From positions 1,860,001 to 1,911,937 of the forward strand of contig OZ025780.1 in NCBI GenBank assembly GCA_964019425.1: DNA of 51,937 nt. Reading direction: 5' to 3'. Shown one piece after another: positions 40,695 to 51,937 of the stretch (the stretch's first letter is position 1; every line of letters starts with the position of its first letter). This DNA is from Flectonema sp. DT1601 (Eukaryota). A model generated the notes under the pieces. That model made no database searches and had not been told where the DNA came from. It saw only the letters and a list, made by a program, of their open reading frames with translations. The translations under genes and the position numbers were made by a program.

Positions 40695-43600
40695 CTTGCC
40701 GTATTCTGTGATGTTGAGCACCTGCAGTTGTTGGTTGTCGTTCAGGACGATGGGGAGTCGGAAGCGCGAGTGAGCGGTTGTTCCAAGCTCGAGCAAGGTA
40801 GCGGCAATTCCCGTCGAAGCAACCGCAATCACACTCCGTGGTACACAGATTCCCTGTTCTCCGCGGGTACTCCTCGCCCAATTCAGGAAGCAGTTGGCAA
40901 GAAATGTTTTACCGGTTCCAGCTGGGGCCTGCACAAAGATGGTGTCACCTGCGCCGCCTCCCTCTGCCTTGCGAACCGCGTTCTGCAGCATCTCCAACGC
41001 CGCAGATTGGTCGCGGTTGCTGCTTCGGATGAGTACCGCACTCTTTTCGTAGGCAGAGTAGTATTCCTCGGCCTTCCTCCTAGCAAGCATGACCCCCATT
41101 GGGATGGACACTCCTCCGGTCGGCAGCGGCAGCGGAAGCTCTTCGTCGAGATTAACCATCGGCAACCCATCCTCGTTGCTGAGTAGCTGGTGGATGTCGA
41201 GAATGCACTCGCGCTCGCGCTCGGGTGGGATGAATCCAACACCGTGAACCTCCTCTTGCAGCTGCCGCTCCTGCGCGCTGAGACGCTCGTCGTAGCACAT
41301 CTTGCCTCTGAATCGCTCCCAAGCGCCCTTGATGCAGTTGAGCATCCCGCAGCTGATCAGAACGGCGAAAAGGTACCGAACATACATCGAGGAGTAGCAC
41401 TTCGCTGCTTCGAGCGCCGACTCCGCCTCCTTGTCGTCGAGAAAGAGCCCAAGTGCTGTCGCAGCAGCCAGCATCGTGTCGTGAACCACGCCGTCGACCG
41501 TCATGGCATCATCGAAGCTCTTCAGGCCTGGGCGCGCGTTGAGGATCAGCCGCAGGCAATACGCTTCGGTGTCACGGGGTGATACCCAAAAAATCCTGCC
41601 TATTTGAACGTCGGTCCAGCGCCTACCTGTTGTGTCCTTGCGCCGGAAGCGAGATTCTTCGCGCGAATACTCATATCCTTGGCGCAGCTTCCACTCACCC
41701 TTGACGTAGCTAAAATAGGTGGGGAAGTCGCGGTACAACAGGGTGCGACAACCGTCGGATTGGTTCTTGTCGTTGAAATTGAACCAAGCCAGCAGTGTGG
41801 TGCTTTTGGACGCGACCTTCTCGGCCAACTCATCCACGGTGTCGTCGCTGTTGAAGAAGATGGTCTCCTTCCCCTTGACGTGGATGTCAAGCCGTTTGAC
41901 AGCTGGGACGTTGGAGTGTTGAGGCATGCTCAGAAGGCGGCCCGCAGCCTCGCAAGAACCCATGACCCTTGCATTCTGGTACTGGGTCACTTCGTCTTGC
42001 ACTTCCCTCGCACCTTCCTGCTTCAAGACAAAGCTCAGTCCAGGCTCTGCCTTCGTAATGTACTTGAATAAGTACCCGACGCAGTCGCCCATGCCGTTGG
42101 TTAACTCGACGTTGATGTGAGTTTGGTACCTCATCATCAAGCCGGCGTTGTAGGGAACCACCCATTCGTTCCCCTGTCCTCTGTGAGTGGTGACGCCTGT
42201 CCGACGTCGGCGAATGGTCGAGAACCCGGACACACCTATGTGCGATATGTCCGTGAATGGTTTCGGGAAGTTGTTCTTGCAGTAGAGTTTCCCATCCTTC
42301 CCTTGCTTGTGGCACGGGCAGATCACGCCCTGGCGAGAGCAGTCGTTGTGCACCATCTTCGAAGCAATGAGGCTGTAGAGGGCTGGCTGCCTTACCGGGT
42401 CGGGTAGTTCGGCATGGACCACCGAGTCGATGTCCTCAGCTGCTGCTGGTGGATGCTTGTTCCAGGCGAGGAGGTGCATGTGCGGAAGTCCCCGCTGCTG
42501 ATACTCGTAAACCCAGACAATGGCGTTGTTCTTGCCGAGAACCCCGCTTCGGATGTCTTCGCGCAGAGCACGTGCCTTGCCGTCCCAGACACGCATGATG
42601 AGCTCCGGTCGGTCGTTGGGTCTCTGGTTCAAAGCCTCCCCGCCTTCTCGCAAGATCTGCTGGATCTCCGGCCACTGGGTGTTGCATGTCATGGTGACGA
42701 AGAAGGTTGGTTTGCCGTATTTCGCCATGATCGCAAGCGCGTCTTCCCGCAGCTCTCTCTTCCCGCGGGGTCCGCCTTTGAACGAAACCGGAAGAATGAT
42801 GCGTCGGTTTTCGATTGCGGTGGCTGCCTCATTCTGCTGCACCGCCTGCCTGACGTCGCTGGCCGCCGCCTTCCTGCTGTGCCGAGCTCCAAAGGGTGAT
42901 CGATACCAGTTGAGACGCAGATGCTCTGCACGTGCCGCCATGTCCAGTATGTACACCTGGGTCAACTTGCCAAGGCGCAGGAGCATGTTCTTTCCAGTCC
43001 TGAGAGGCCGTTCAAACATGTGAAATCCACCGTACTCCGTGGCACTCACGAAGGAGCGCCTGCTGTTATCAGTGTTTTCGGCAGCATAATCGCCATTGTA
43101 ATCTACCTCACGGCCAGCGTCGCTGTTGTTGTTTCGGGGACGAAATCTCCTGTACTTGCCTAAACCCCAACCGCAGTGGAAGACACGCACTGCATCTTCC
43201 TGACCACCACCGCTGGCCTTCCACTCCCAAGACGGGGTGGGAAAGATCACGGGGTAACTCAGAATCTCGTACAACGGATCTTTCTCATCAATGAACAGCT
43301 TCCGACTTCGTGGGGCGGGTACCGATGCCGAATCTCCAAAAAACAACGTGATCTTCCGATTGTCCCTCTTGATGGGGTCGTGGTCCAGGTCGAGGACGAT
43401 CCTGATCTCGTCGAAGAACTCCTTCGAGGTGTGATCTTCTGCACGGGACGGCTGGTGGCGCTCAAGGTTTATGCTGATGGCTATATCTGTCGTTCTACGG
43501 TCCCCGTCCTGTTCCTTCGCCAGCGCTTTCTCAGCAGCATCGAGGCACTCTAGGAAGGGGTGCTGCCTGTTGCTGCTCCCTTTTCTGATGATGACTGCAA

Positions 43601-45164
43601 GGCGTTTTGCGAAGCCGTGCTCCGTCCCTAACTTGCGGATTTGCGAGTTTGCGTTGTCGAGGTCGCCAGCAATGTACCAGCTTTGTCTCGGGTTGGTTTT
43701 GTCAATCACGGGATCGGTGATGTGATGTGTCCTGCCCTGAATGGAAACTGACTGGGGACCTGTTGGCTTGGATAGGCAGCTGCGACGCATCAGCGGAACA
43801 GCGAATGACAACCTGCTGTTGACAATGTGCGAGACGCTGCGAAACTTTGATGTCTTCAACATGTCCTCGACTTCGGGGTGGATGGAGATAAGGTCAAGCT
43901 TCGAGGCAGTCCCTGCCGCGCAACACCGTGATGAAGGCTCATAGCAATAGCGCTCAGCCCCGCACCATTCGCACAAAGTGGGGTCAAGCTGCAGTGGGTT
44001 GTACCGAAAATGTGGCAGTTCCGAAATTGGTGTGGGGGATTCGTTCACTTCATCAAGCGTGATGCAACATGACCCATGCAACTTCCTTCTCCTTCGTCGG
44101 AATCTCCTAGGTCTCTTCCATCCTTCCTGGTCTCCCACTGCCAAGGCTGCCGTTCGTTCAACATCTATCTCCTTGTCCTGAATCTCCGATCGAACACAGC
44201 GCTCAAGGAGTCGCACCCTCTCAGGAATTAGCATCCCACAGATCTCAGCTGCTTCGCGCATTCTGAACACTTCCCTTGCACTGACAGCCATGTCGGCCTT
44301 TATCTGGGTGTTGAATCTTTCTTCCAACAGGCGACGTCCGATGGCAATCCACCAGCCAGTCAATGCACTGAACTTGGCAGCGATTCCTTGTTGCTGCCAT
44401 GCACGTATTCCCTCCAGCGGGCGCACTGCTGTGGTGGTGGTGGCTGGCGATGAAGTGTTCTTCCTTCTTGTCATCGAAGTGATGGCGACAACACCTGCAA
44501 GCAAGATGATTGTTGAAGCGGATGCTGTAGCTGAAAGACGGATGTGAGACTTGTACCGAACACCGTTGTTGCCATCGAATCGAAAGGGGTTCATGTAGCA
44601 GGCAAGTATGTGTTTACTAAGACCTCTTGGATCGAAGCTTCTTTCACAGTAACCACACTTCCTTTTACAGGCCTTTTCATGTTCTTCCAGGGCTACCAAT
44701 GTTCTGAGTGGCGACCCACAGTTCTTGCAGTGATTCTGCTGACCGAACTGGTTGCGAAGTGCAAGGGAAGCAACACATGGAGCATGCCTGCCTGCGACGG
44801 TGTCAGCCACCGCATGTTGCATCTGCTTCAAGATAGCTTCAATTTGCGAAAGGTGTGCACCTGATTTGAGGACGGTATCCACAATCACAGTAAGCCTGCC
44901 GATAAGCGCAGCACAGACATTCTTATCATTGTTGTTGTTGTTCATTCCTCCAGGCAGTTGTTGCAGTAAGTGCCACCATTTTCTTGCCTGCTGGAGTCGG
45001 TACAGGCATCCAACATGCTGGTGTGCCTGGAGATGCAGGAGCTTATTGTGGTATGTTGGGAGCTGTGCTGATTCCTTTGTCGCATGCAACGCCAGAATAG
45101 CAGCTGCAAGAACTGCACATGGATACCCTTCTTGGTGGTGGAGGTATAGTATAAAGGTTTCCAT
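40695..45164 (-). pseudogene. Truncated RepHel: complete Rep, helicase cut after Walker A
   Basis: Translation matches 31833-38615 up to ITEYGK apart from one S/P change I noticed; no Walker B or later motifs. Confidence 0.9.
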
Positions 45165-45233
45165 TCTGCTGTTCGTGCGTCAGCCTGGAAGGGATTCCCT
45201 GGACAGAATGCAATATGTTTAAAAAGTCGATTT

Positions 45234-48200
45234 CCCGCAAACCCGCAAACCCGCAAACCCGCAAACCCGCAAACCCGCAAACCCGCAAACCCGCAAACCC
45301 GCAAACCCGCAAACCCGCAAACCCGCAAACCCGCAAACCCGCAAACCCGCAAACCCGCAAACCCGCAAACCCGCAAACCCGCAAACCCGCAAACCCGCAA
45401 ACCCGCAAACCCGCAAACCCGCAAACCCGCAAACCCGCAAACCCGCAAACCCGCAAACCCGCAAACCCGCAAACCCGCAAACCCGCAAACCCGCAAACCC
45501 GCAAACCCGCAAACCCGCAAACCCGCAAACCCGCAAACCCGCAAACCCGCAAACCCGCAAACCCGCAAACCCGCAAACCCGCAAACCCGCAAACCCGCAA
45601 ACCCGCAAACCCGCAAACCCGCAAACCCGCAAACCCGCAAACCCGCAAACCCGCAAACCCGCAAACCCGCAAACCCGCAAACCCGCAAACCCGCAAACCC
45701 GCAAACCCGCAAACCCGCAAACCCGCAAACCCGCAAACCCGCAAACCCGCAAACCCGCAAACCCGCAAACCCGCAAACCCGCAAACCCGCAAACCCGCAA
45801 ACCCGCAAACCCGCAAACCCGCAAACCCGCAAACCCGCAAACCCGCAAACCCGCAAACCCGCAAACCCGCAAACCCGCAAACCCGCAAACCCGCAAACCC
45901 GCAAACCCGCAAACCCGCAAACCCGCAAACCCGCAAACCCGCAAACCCGCAAACCCGCAAACCCGCAAACCCGCAAACCCGCAAACCCGCAAACCCGCAA
46001 ACCCGCAAACCCGCAAACCCGCAAACCCGCAAACCCGCAAACCCGCAAACCCGCAAACCCGCAAACCCGCAAACCCGCAAACCCGCAAACCCGCAAACCC
46101 GCAAACCCGCAAACCCGCAAACCCGCAAACCCGCAAACCCGCAAACCCGCAAACCCGCAAACCCGCAAACCCGCAAACCCGCAAACCCGCAAACCCGCAA
46201 ACCCGCAAACCCGCAAACCCGCAAACCCGCAAACCCGCAAACCCGCAAACCCGCAAACCCGCAAACCCGCAAACCCGCAAACCCGCAAACCCGCAAACCC
46301 GCAAACCCGCAAACCCGCAAACCCGCAAACCCGCAAACCCGCAAACCCGCAAACCCGCAAACCCGCAAACCCGCAAACCCGCAAACCCGCAAACCCGCAA
46401 ACCCGCAAACCCGCAAACCCGCAAACCCGCAAACCCGCAAACCCGCAAACCCGCAAACCCGCAAACCCGCAAACCCGCAAACCCGCAAACCCGCAAACCC
46501 GCAAACCCGCAAACCCGCAAACCCGCAAACCCGCAAACCCGCAAACCCGCAAACCCGCAAACCCGCAAACCCGCAAACCCGCAAACCCGCAAACCCGCAA
46601 ACCCGCAAACCCGCAAACCCGCAAACCCGCAAACCCGCAAACCCGCAAACCCGCAAACCCGCAAACCCGCAAACCCGCAAACCCGCAAACCCGCAAACCC
46701 GCAAACCCGCAAACCCGCAAACCCGCAAACCCGCAAACCCGCAAACCCGCAAACCCGCAAACCCGCAAACCCGCAAACCCGCAAACCCGCAAACCCGCAA
46801 ACCCGCAAACCCGCAAACCCGCAAACCCGCAAACCCGCAAACCCGCAAACCCGCAAACCCGCAAACCCGCAAACCCGCAAACCCGCAAACCCGCAAACCC
46901 GCAAACCCGCAAACCCGCAAACCCGCAAACCCGCAAACCCGCAAACCCGCAAACCCGCAAACCCGCAAACCCGCAAACCCGCAAACCCGCAAACCCGCAA
47001 ACCCGCAAACCCGCAAACCCGCAAACCCGCAAACCCGCAAACCCGCAAACCCGCAAACCCGCAAACCCGCAAACCCGCAAACCCGCAAACCCGCAAACCC
47101 GCAAACCCGCAAACCCGCAAACCCGCAAACCCGCAAACCCGCAAACCCGCAAACCCGCAAACCCGCAAACCCGCAAACCCGCAAACCCGCAAACCCGCAA
47201 ACCCGCAAACCCGCAAACCCGCAAACCCGCAAACCCGCAAACCCGCAAACCCGCAAACCCGCAAACCCGCAAACCCGCAAACCCGCAAACCCGCAAACCC
47301 GCAAACCCGCAAACCCGCAAACCCGCAAACCCGCAAACCCGCAAACCCGCAAACCCGCAAACCCGCAAACCCGCAAACCCGCAAACCCGCAAACCCGCAA
47401 ACCCGCAAACCCGCAAACCCGCAAACCCGCAAACCCGCAAACCCGCAAACCCGCAAACCCGCAAACCCGCAAACCCGCAAACCCGCAAACCCGCAAACCC
47501 GCAAACCCGCAAACCCGCAAACCCGCAAACCCGCAAACCCGCAAACCCGCAAACCCGCAAACCCGCAAACCCGCAAACCCGCAAACCCGCAAACCCGCAA
47601 ACCCGCAAACCCGCAAACCCGCAAACCCGCAAACCCGCAAACCCGCAAACCCGCAAACCCGCAAACCCGCAAACCCGCAAACCCGCAAACCCGCAAACCC
47701 GCAAACCCGCAAACCCGCAAACCCGCAAACCCGCAAACCCGCAAACCCGCAAACCCGCAAACCCGCAAACCCGCAAACCCGCAAACCCGCAAACCCGCAA
47801 ACCCGCAAACCCGCAAACCCGCAAACCCGCAAACCCGCAAACCCGCAAACCCGCAAACCCGCAAACCCGCAAACCCGCAAACCCGCAAACCCGCAAACCC
47901 GCAAACCCGCAAACCCGCAAACCCGCAAACCCGCAAACCCGCAAACCCGCAAACCCGCAAACCCGCAAACCCGCAAACCCGCAAACCCGCAAACCCGCAA
48001 ACCCGCAAACCCGCAAACCCGCAAACCCGCAAACCCGCAAACCCGCAAACCCGCAAACCCGCAAACCCGCAAACCCGCAAACCCGCAAACCCGCAAACCC
48101 GCAAACCCGCAAACCCGCAAACCCGCAAACCCGCAAACCCGCAAACCCGCAAACCCGCAAACCCGCAAACCCGCAAACCCGCAAACCCGCAAACCCGCAA

Positions 48201-51200
48201 ACCCGCAAACCCGCAAACCCGCAAACCCGCAAACCCGCAAACCCGCAAACCCGCAAACCCGCAAACCCGCAAACCCGCAAACCCGCAAACCCGCAAACCC
48301 GCAAACCCGCAAACCCGCAAACCCGCAAACCCGCAAACCCGCAAACCCGCAAACCCGCAAACCCGCAAACCCGCAAACCCGCAAACCCGCAAACCCGCAA
48401 ACCCGCAAACCCGCAAACCCGCAAACCCGCAAACCCGCAAACCCGCAAACCCGCAAACCCGCAAACCCGCAAACCCGCAAACCCGCAAACCCGCAAACCC
48501 GCAAACCCGCAAACCCGCAAACCCGCAAACCCGCAAACCCGCAAACCCGCAAACCCGCAAACCCGCAAACCCGCAAACCCGCAAACCCGCAAACCCGCAA
48601 ACCCGCAAACCCGCAAACCCGCAAACCCGCAAACCCGCAAACCCGCAAACCCGCAAACCCGCAAACCCGCAAACCCGCAAACCCGCAAACCCGCAAACCC
48701 GCAAACCCGCAAACCCGCAAACCCGCAAACCCGCAAACCCGCAAACCCGCAAACCCGCAAACCCGCAAACCCGCAAACCCGCAAACCCGCAAACCCGCAA
48801 ACCCGCAAACCCGCAAACCCGCAAACCCGCAAACCCGCAAACCCGCAAACCCGCAAACCCGCAAACCCGCAAACCCGCAAACCCGCAAACCCGCAAACCC
48901 GCAAACCCGCAAACCCGCAAACCCGCAAACCCGCAAACCCGCAAACCCGCAAACCCGCAAACCCGCAAACCCGCAAACCCGCAAACCCGCAAACCCGCAA
49001 ACCCGCAAACCCGCAAACCCGCAAACCCGCAAACCCGCAAACCCGCAAACCCGCAAACCCGCAAACCCGCAAACCCGCAAACCCGCAAACCCGCAAACCC
49101 GCAAACCCGCAAACCCGCAAACCCGCAAACCCGCAAACCCGCAAACCCGCAAACCCGCAAACCCGCAAACCCGCAAACCCGCAAACCCGCAAACCCGCAA
49201 ACCCGCAAACCCGCAAACCCGCAAACCCGCAAACCCGCAAACCCGCAAACCCGCAAACCCGCAAACCCGCAAACCCGCAAACCCGCAAACCCGCAAACCC
49301 GCAAACCCGCAAACCCGCAAACCCGCAAACCCGCAAACCCGCAAACCCGCAAACCCGCAAACCCGCAAACCCGCAAACCCGCAAACCCGCAAACCCGCAA
49401 ACCCGCAAACCCGCAAACCCGCAAACCCGCAAACCCGCAAACCCGCAAACCCGCAAACCCGCAAACCCGCAAACCCGCAAACCCGCAAACCCGCAAACCC
49501 GCAAACCCGCAAACCCGCAAACCCGCAAACCCGCAAACCCGCAAACCCGCAAACCCGCAAACCCGCAAACCCGCAAACCCGCAAACCCGCAAACCCGCAA
49601 ACCCGCAAACCCGCAAACCCGCAAACCCGCAAACCCGCAAACCCGCAAACCCGCAAACCCGCAAACCCGCAAACCCGCAAACCCGCAAACCCGCAAACCC
49701 GCAAACCCGCAAACCCGCAAACCCGCAAACCCGCAAACCCGCAAACCCGCAAACCCGCAAACCCGCAAACCCGCAAACCCGCAAACCCGCAAACCCGCAA
49801 ACCCGCAAACCCGCAAACCCGCAAACCCGCAAACCCGCAAACCCGCAAACCCGCAAACCCGCAAACCCGCAAACCCGCAAACCCGCAAACCCGCAAACCC
49901 GCAAACCCGCAAACCCGCAAACCCGCAAACCCGCAAACCCGCAAACCCGCAAACCCGCAAACCCGCAAACCCGCAAACCCGCAAACCCGCAAACCCGCAA
50001 ACCCGCAAACCCGCAAACCCGCAAACCCGCAAACCCGCAAACCCGCAAACCCGCAAACCCGCAAACCCGCAAACCCGCAAACCCGCAAACCCGCAAACCC
50101 GCAAACCCGCAAACCCGCAAACCCGCAAACCCGCAAACCCGCAAACCCGCAAACCCGCAAACCCGCAAACCCGCAAACCCGCAAACCCGCAAACCCGCAA
50201 ACCCGCAAACCCGCAAACCCGCAAACCCGCAAACCCGCAAACCCGCAAACCCGCAAACCCGCAAACCCGCAAACCCGCAAACCCGCAAACCCGCAAACCC
50301 GCAAACCCGCAAACCCGCAAACCCGCAAACCCGCAAACCCGCAAACCCGCAAACCCGCAAACCCGCAAACCCGCAAACCCGCAAACCCGCAAACCCGCAA
50401 ACCCGCAAACCCGCAAACCCGCAAACCCGCAAACCCGCAAACCCGCAAACCCGCAAACCCGCAAACCCGCAAACCCGCAAACCCGCAAACCCGCAAACCC
50501 GCAAACCCGCAAACCCGCAAACCCGCAAACCCGCAAACCCGCAAACCCGCAAACCCGCAAACCCGCAAACCCGCAAACCCGCAAACCCGCAAACCCGCAA
50601 ACCCGCAAACCCGCAAACCCGCAAACCCGCAAACCCGCAAACCCGCAAACCCGCAAACCCGCAAACCCGCAAACCCGCAAACCCGCAAACCCGCAAACCC
50701 GCAAACCCGCAAACCCGCAAACCCGCAAACCCGCAAACCCGCAAACCCGCAAACCCGCAAACCCGCAAACCCGCAAACCCGCAAACCCGCAAACCCGCAA
50801 ACCCGCAAACCCGCAAACCCGCAAACCCGCAAACCCGCAAACCCGCAAACCCGCAAACCCGCAAACCCGCAAACCCGCAAACCCGCAAACCCGCAAACCC
50901 GCAAACCCGCAAACCCGCAAACCCGCAAACCCGCAAACCCGCAAACCCGCAAACCCGCAAACCCGCAAACCCGCAAACCCGCAAACCCGCAAACCCGCAA
51001 ACCCGCAAACCCGCAAACCCGCAAACCCGCAAACCCGCAAACCCGCAAACCCGCAAACCCGCAAACCCGCAAACCCGCAAACCCGCAAACCCGCAAACCC
51101 GCAAACCCGCAAACCCGCAAACCCGCAAACCCGCAAACCCGCAAACCCGCAAACCCGCAAACCCGCAAACCCGCAAACCCGCAAACCCGCAAACCCGCAA

Positions 51201-51937
51201 ACCCGCAAACCCGCAAACCCGCAAACCCGCAAACCCGCAAACCCGCAAACCCGCAAACCCGCAAACCCGCAAACCCGCAAACCCGCAAACCCGCAAACCC
51301 GCAAACCCGCAAACCCGCAAACCCGCAAACCCGCAAACCCGCAAACCCGCAAACCCGCAAACCCGCAAACCCGCAAACCCGCAAACCCGCAAACCCGCAA
51401 ACCCGCAAACCCGCAAACCCGCAAACCGCCGCAAACCCGCAAACCCGCAAACCCGCAAACCCGCAAACCCGCAAACCCGCAAACCCGCAAACCCGCAAAC
51501 CCGCAAACCCGCAAACCCGCAAACCCGCAAACCCGCAAACCCGCAAACCCGCAAACCCGCAAACCCGCAAACCCGCAAACCCGCAAACCCGCAAACCCGC
51601 AAACCCGCAAACCCGCAAACCCGCAAACCCGCAAACCCGCAAACCCGCAAACCCGCAAACCCGCAAACCCGCAAACCCGCAAACCCGCAAACCCGCAAAC
51701 CCGCAAACCCGCAAACCCGCAAACCCGCAAACCCGCAAACCCGCAAACCCGCAAACCCGCAAACCCGCAAACCCGCAAACCCGCAAACCCGCAAACCCGC
51801 AAACCCGCAAACCCGCAAACCCGCAAACCCGCAAACCCGCAAACCCGCAAACCCGCAAACCCGCAAACCCGCAAACCCGCAAACCCGCAAACCCGCAAAC
51901 CCGCAAACCCGCAAACCCGCAAACCCGCAAACCCGCA
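45234..51937 (+). repeat. (AAACCCGC)n array, ~6.7 kb (~840 units), telomere-like
   Basis: Near-perfect 8-mer array to the window end; one variant at ~51423-51432. Confidence 0.97.

Larger units (their letters stand above)
40186..45234 (-). mobile_element. Helitron 3 fragment lacking both termini
   Basis: 40186-40694 resembles Helitron 3'-region sequence (~13730 and ~20740). 40695-45234 duplicates 34146-38685 (offset 6549). Confidence 0.88.

Noticed and set aside
31918..45222. Many short ORFs antisense to or overlapping RepHel
   Set aside because: Shadow ORFs of GC-rich coding sequence with no motifs.
44942..51930. Three >2,200-aa minus-strand ORFs (RVCGFAGL)n
   Set aside because: Artefact of a stop-free 8-bp repeat.

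Overview
Eukaryotic (probably protist) repeat-rich DNA with no recognisable host housekeeping gene. It is a nest of mobile elements built on an 8-bp telomere-like repeat, (AAACCCGC)n / (TTTGCGGG)n, present as short internal tracts and as a ~6.7-kb array running off the right end. (1) Two families of tyrosine-recombinase (YR) retrotransposons of the VIPER/TATE/Ngaro type, with split direct repeats A1-ORFs-B1-A2-B2, sit at the same aaaCC position of the repeat. One copy (3459-7089) is apparently intact but lacks a gag ORF. (2) A 13.3-kb non-autonomous Helitron (minus strand, TC...CTAG, 13589-26910) is inserted precisely into the same repeat and carries an RNase H-bearing LINE, a 975-aa cargo ORF between ~75-bp direct repeats and a 32-bp minisatellite. 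(3) A related Helitron encodes Rep-PIF1 helicase-OTU-OTU with one in-frame stop and is fused head-to-tail to a truncated duplicate that ends directly in the large array. The left half is a segmental duplication (offset 9772) whose two units acquired different insertions in their repeat tract. All calls are by eye from sequence and motifs; no searches were run.
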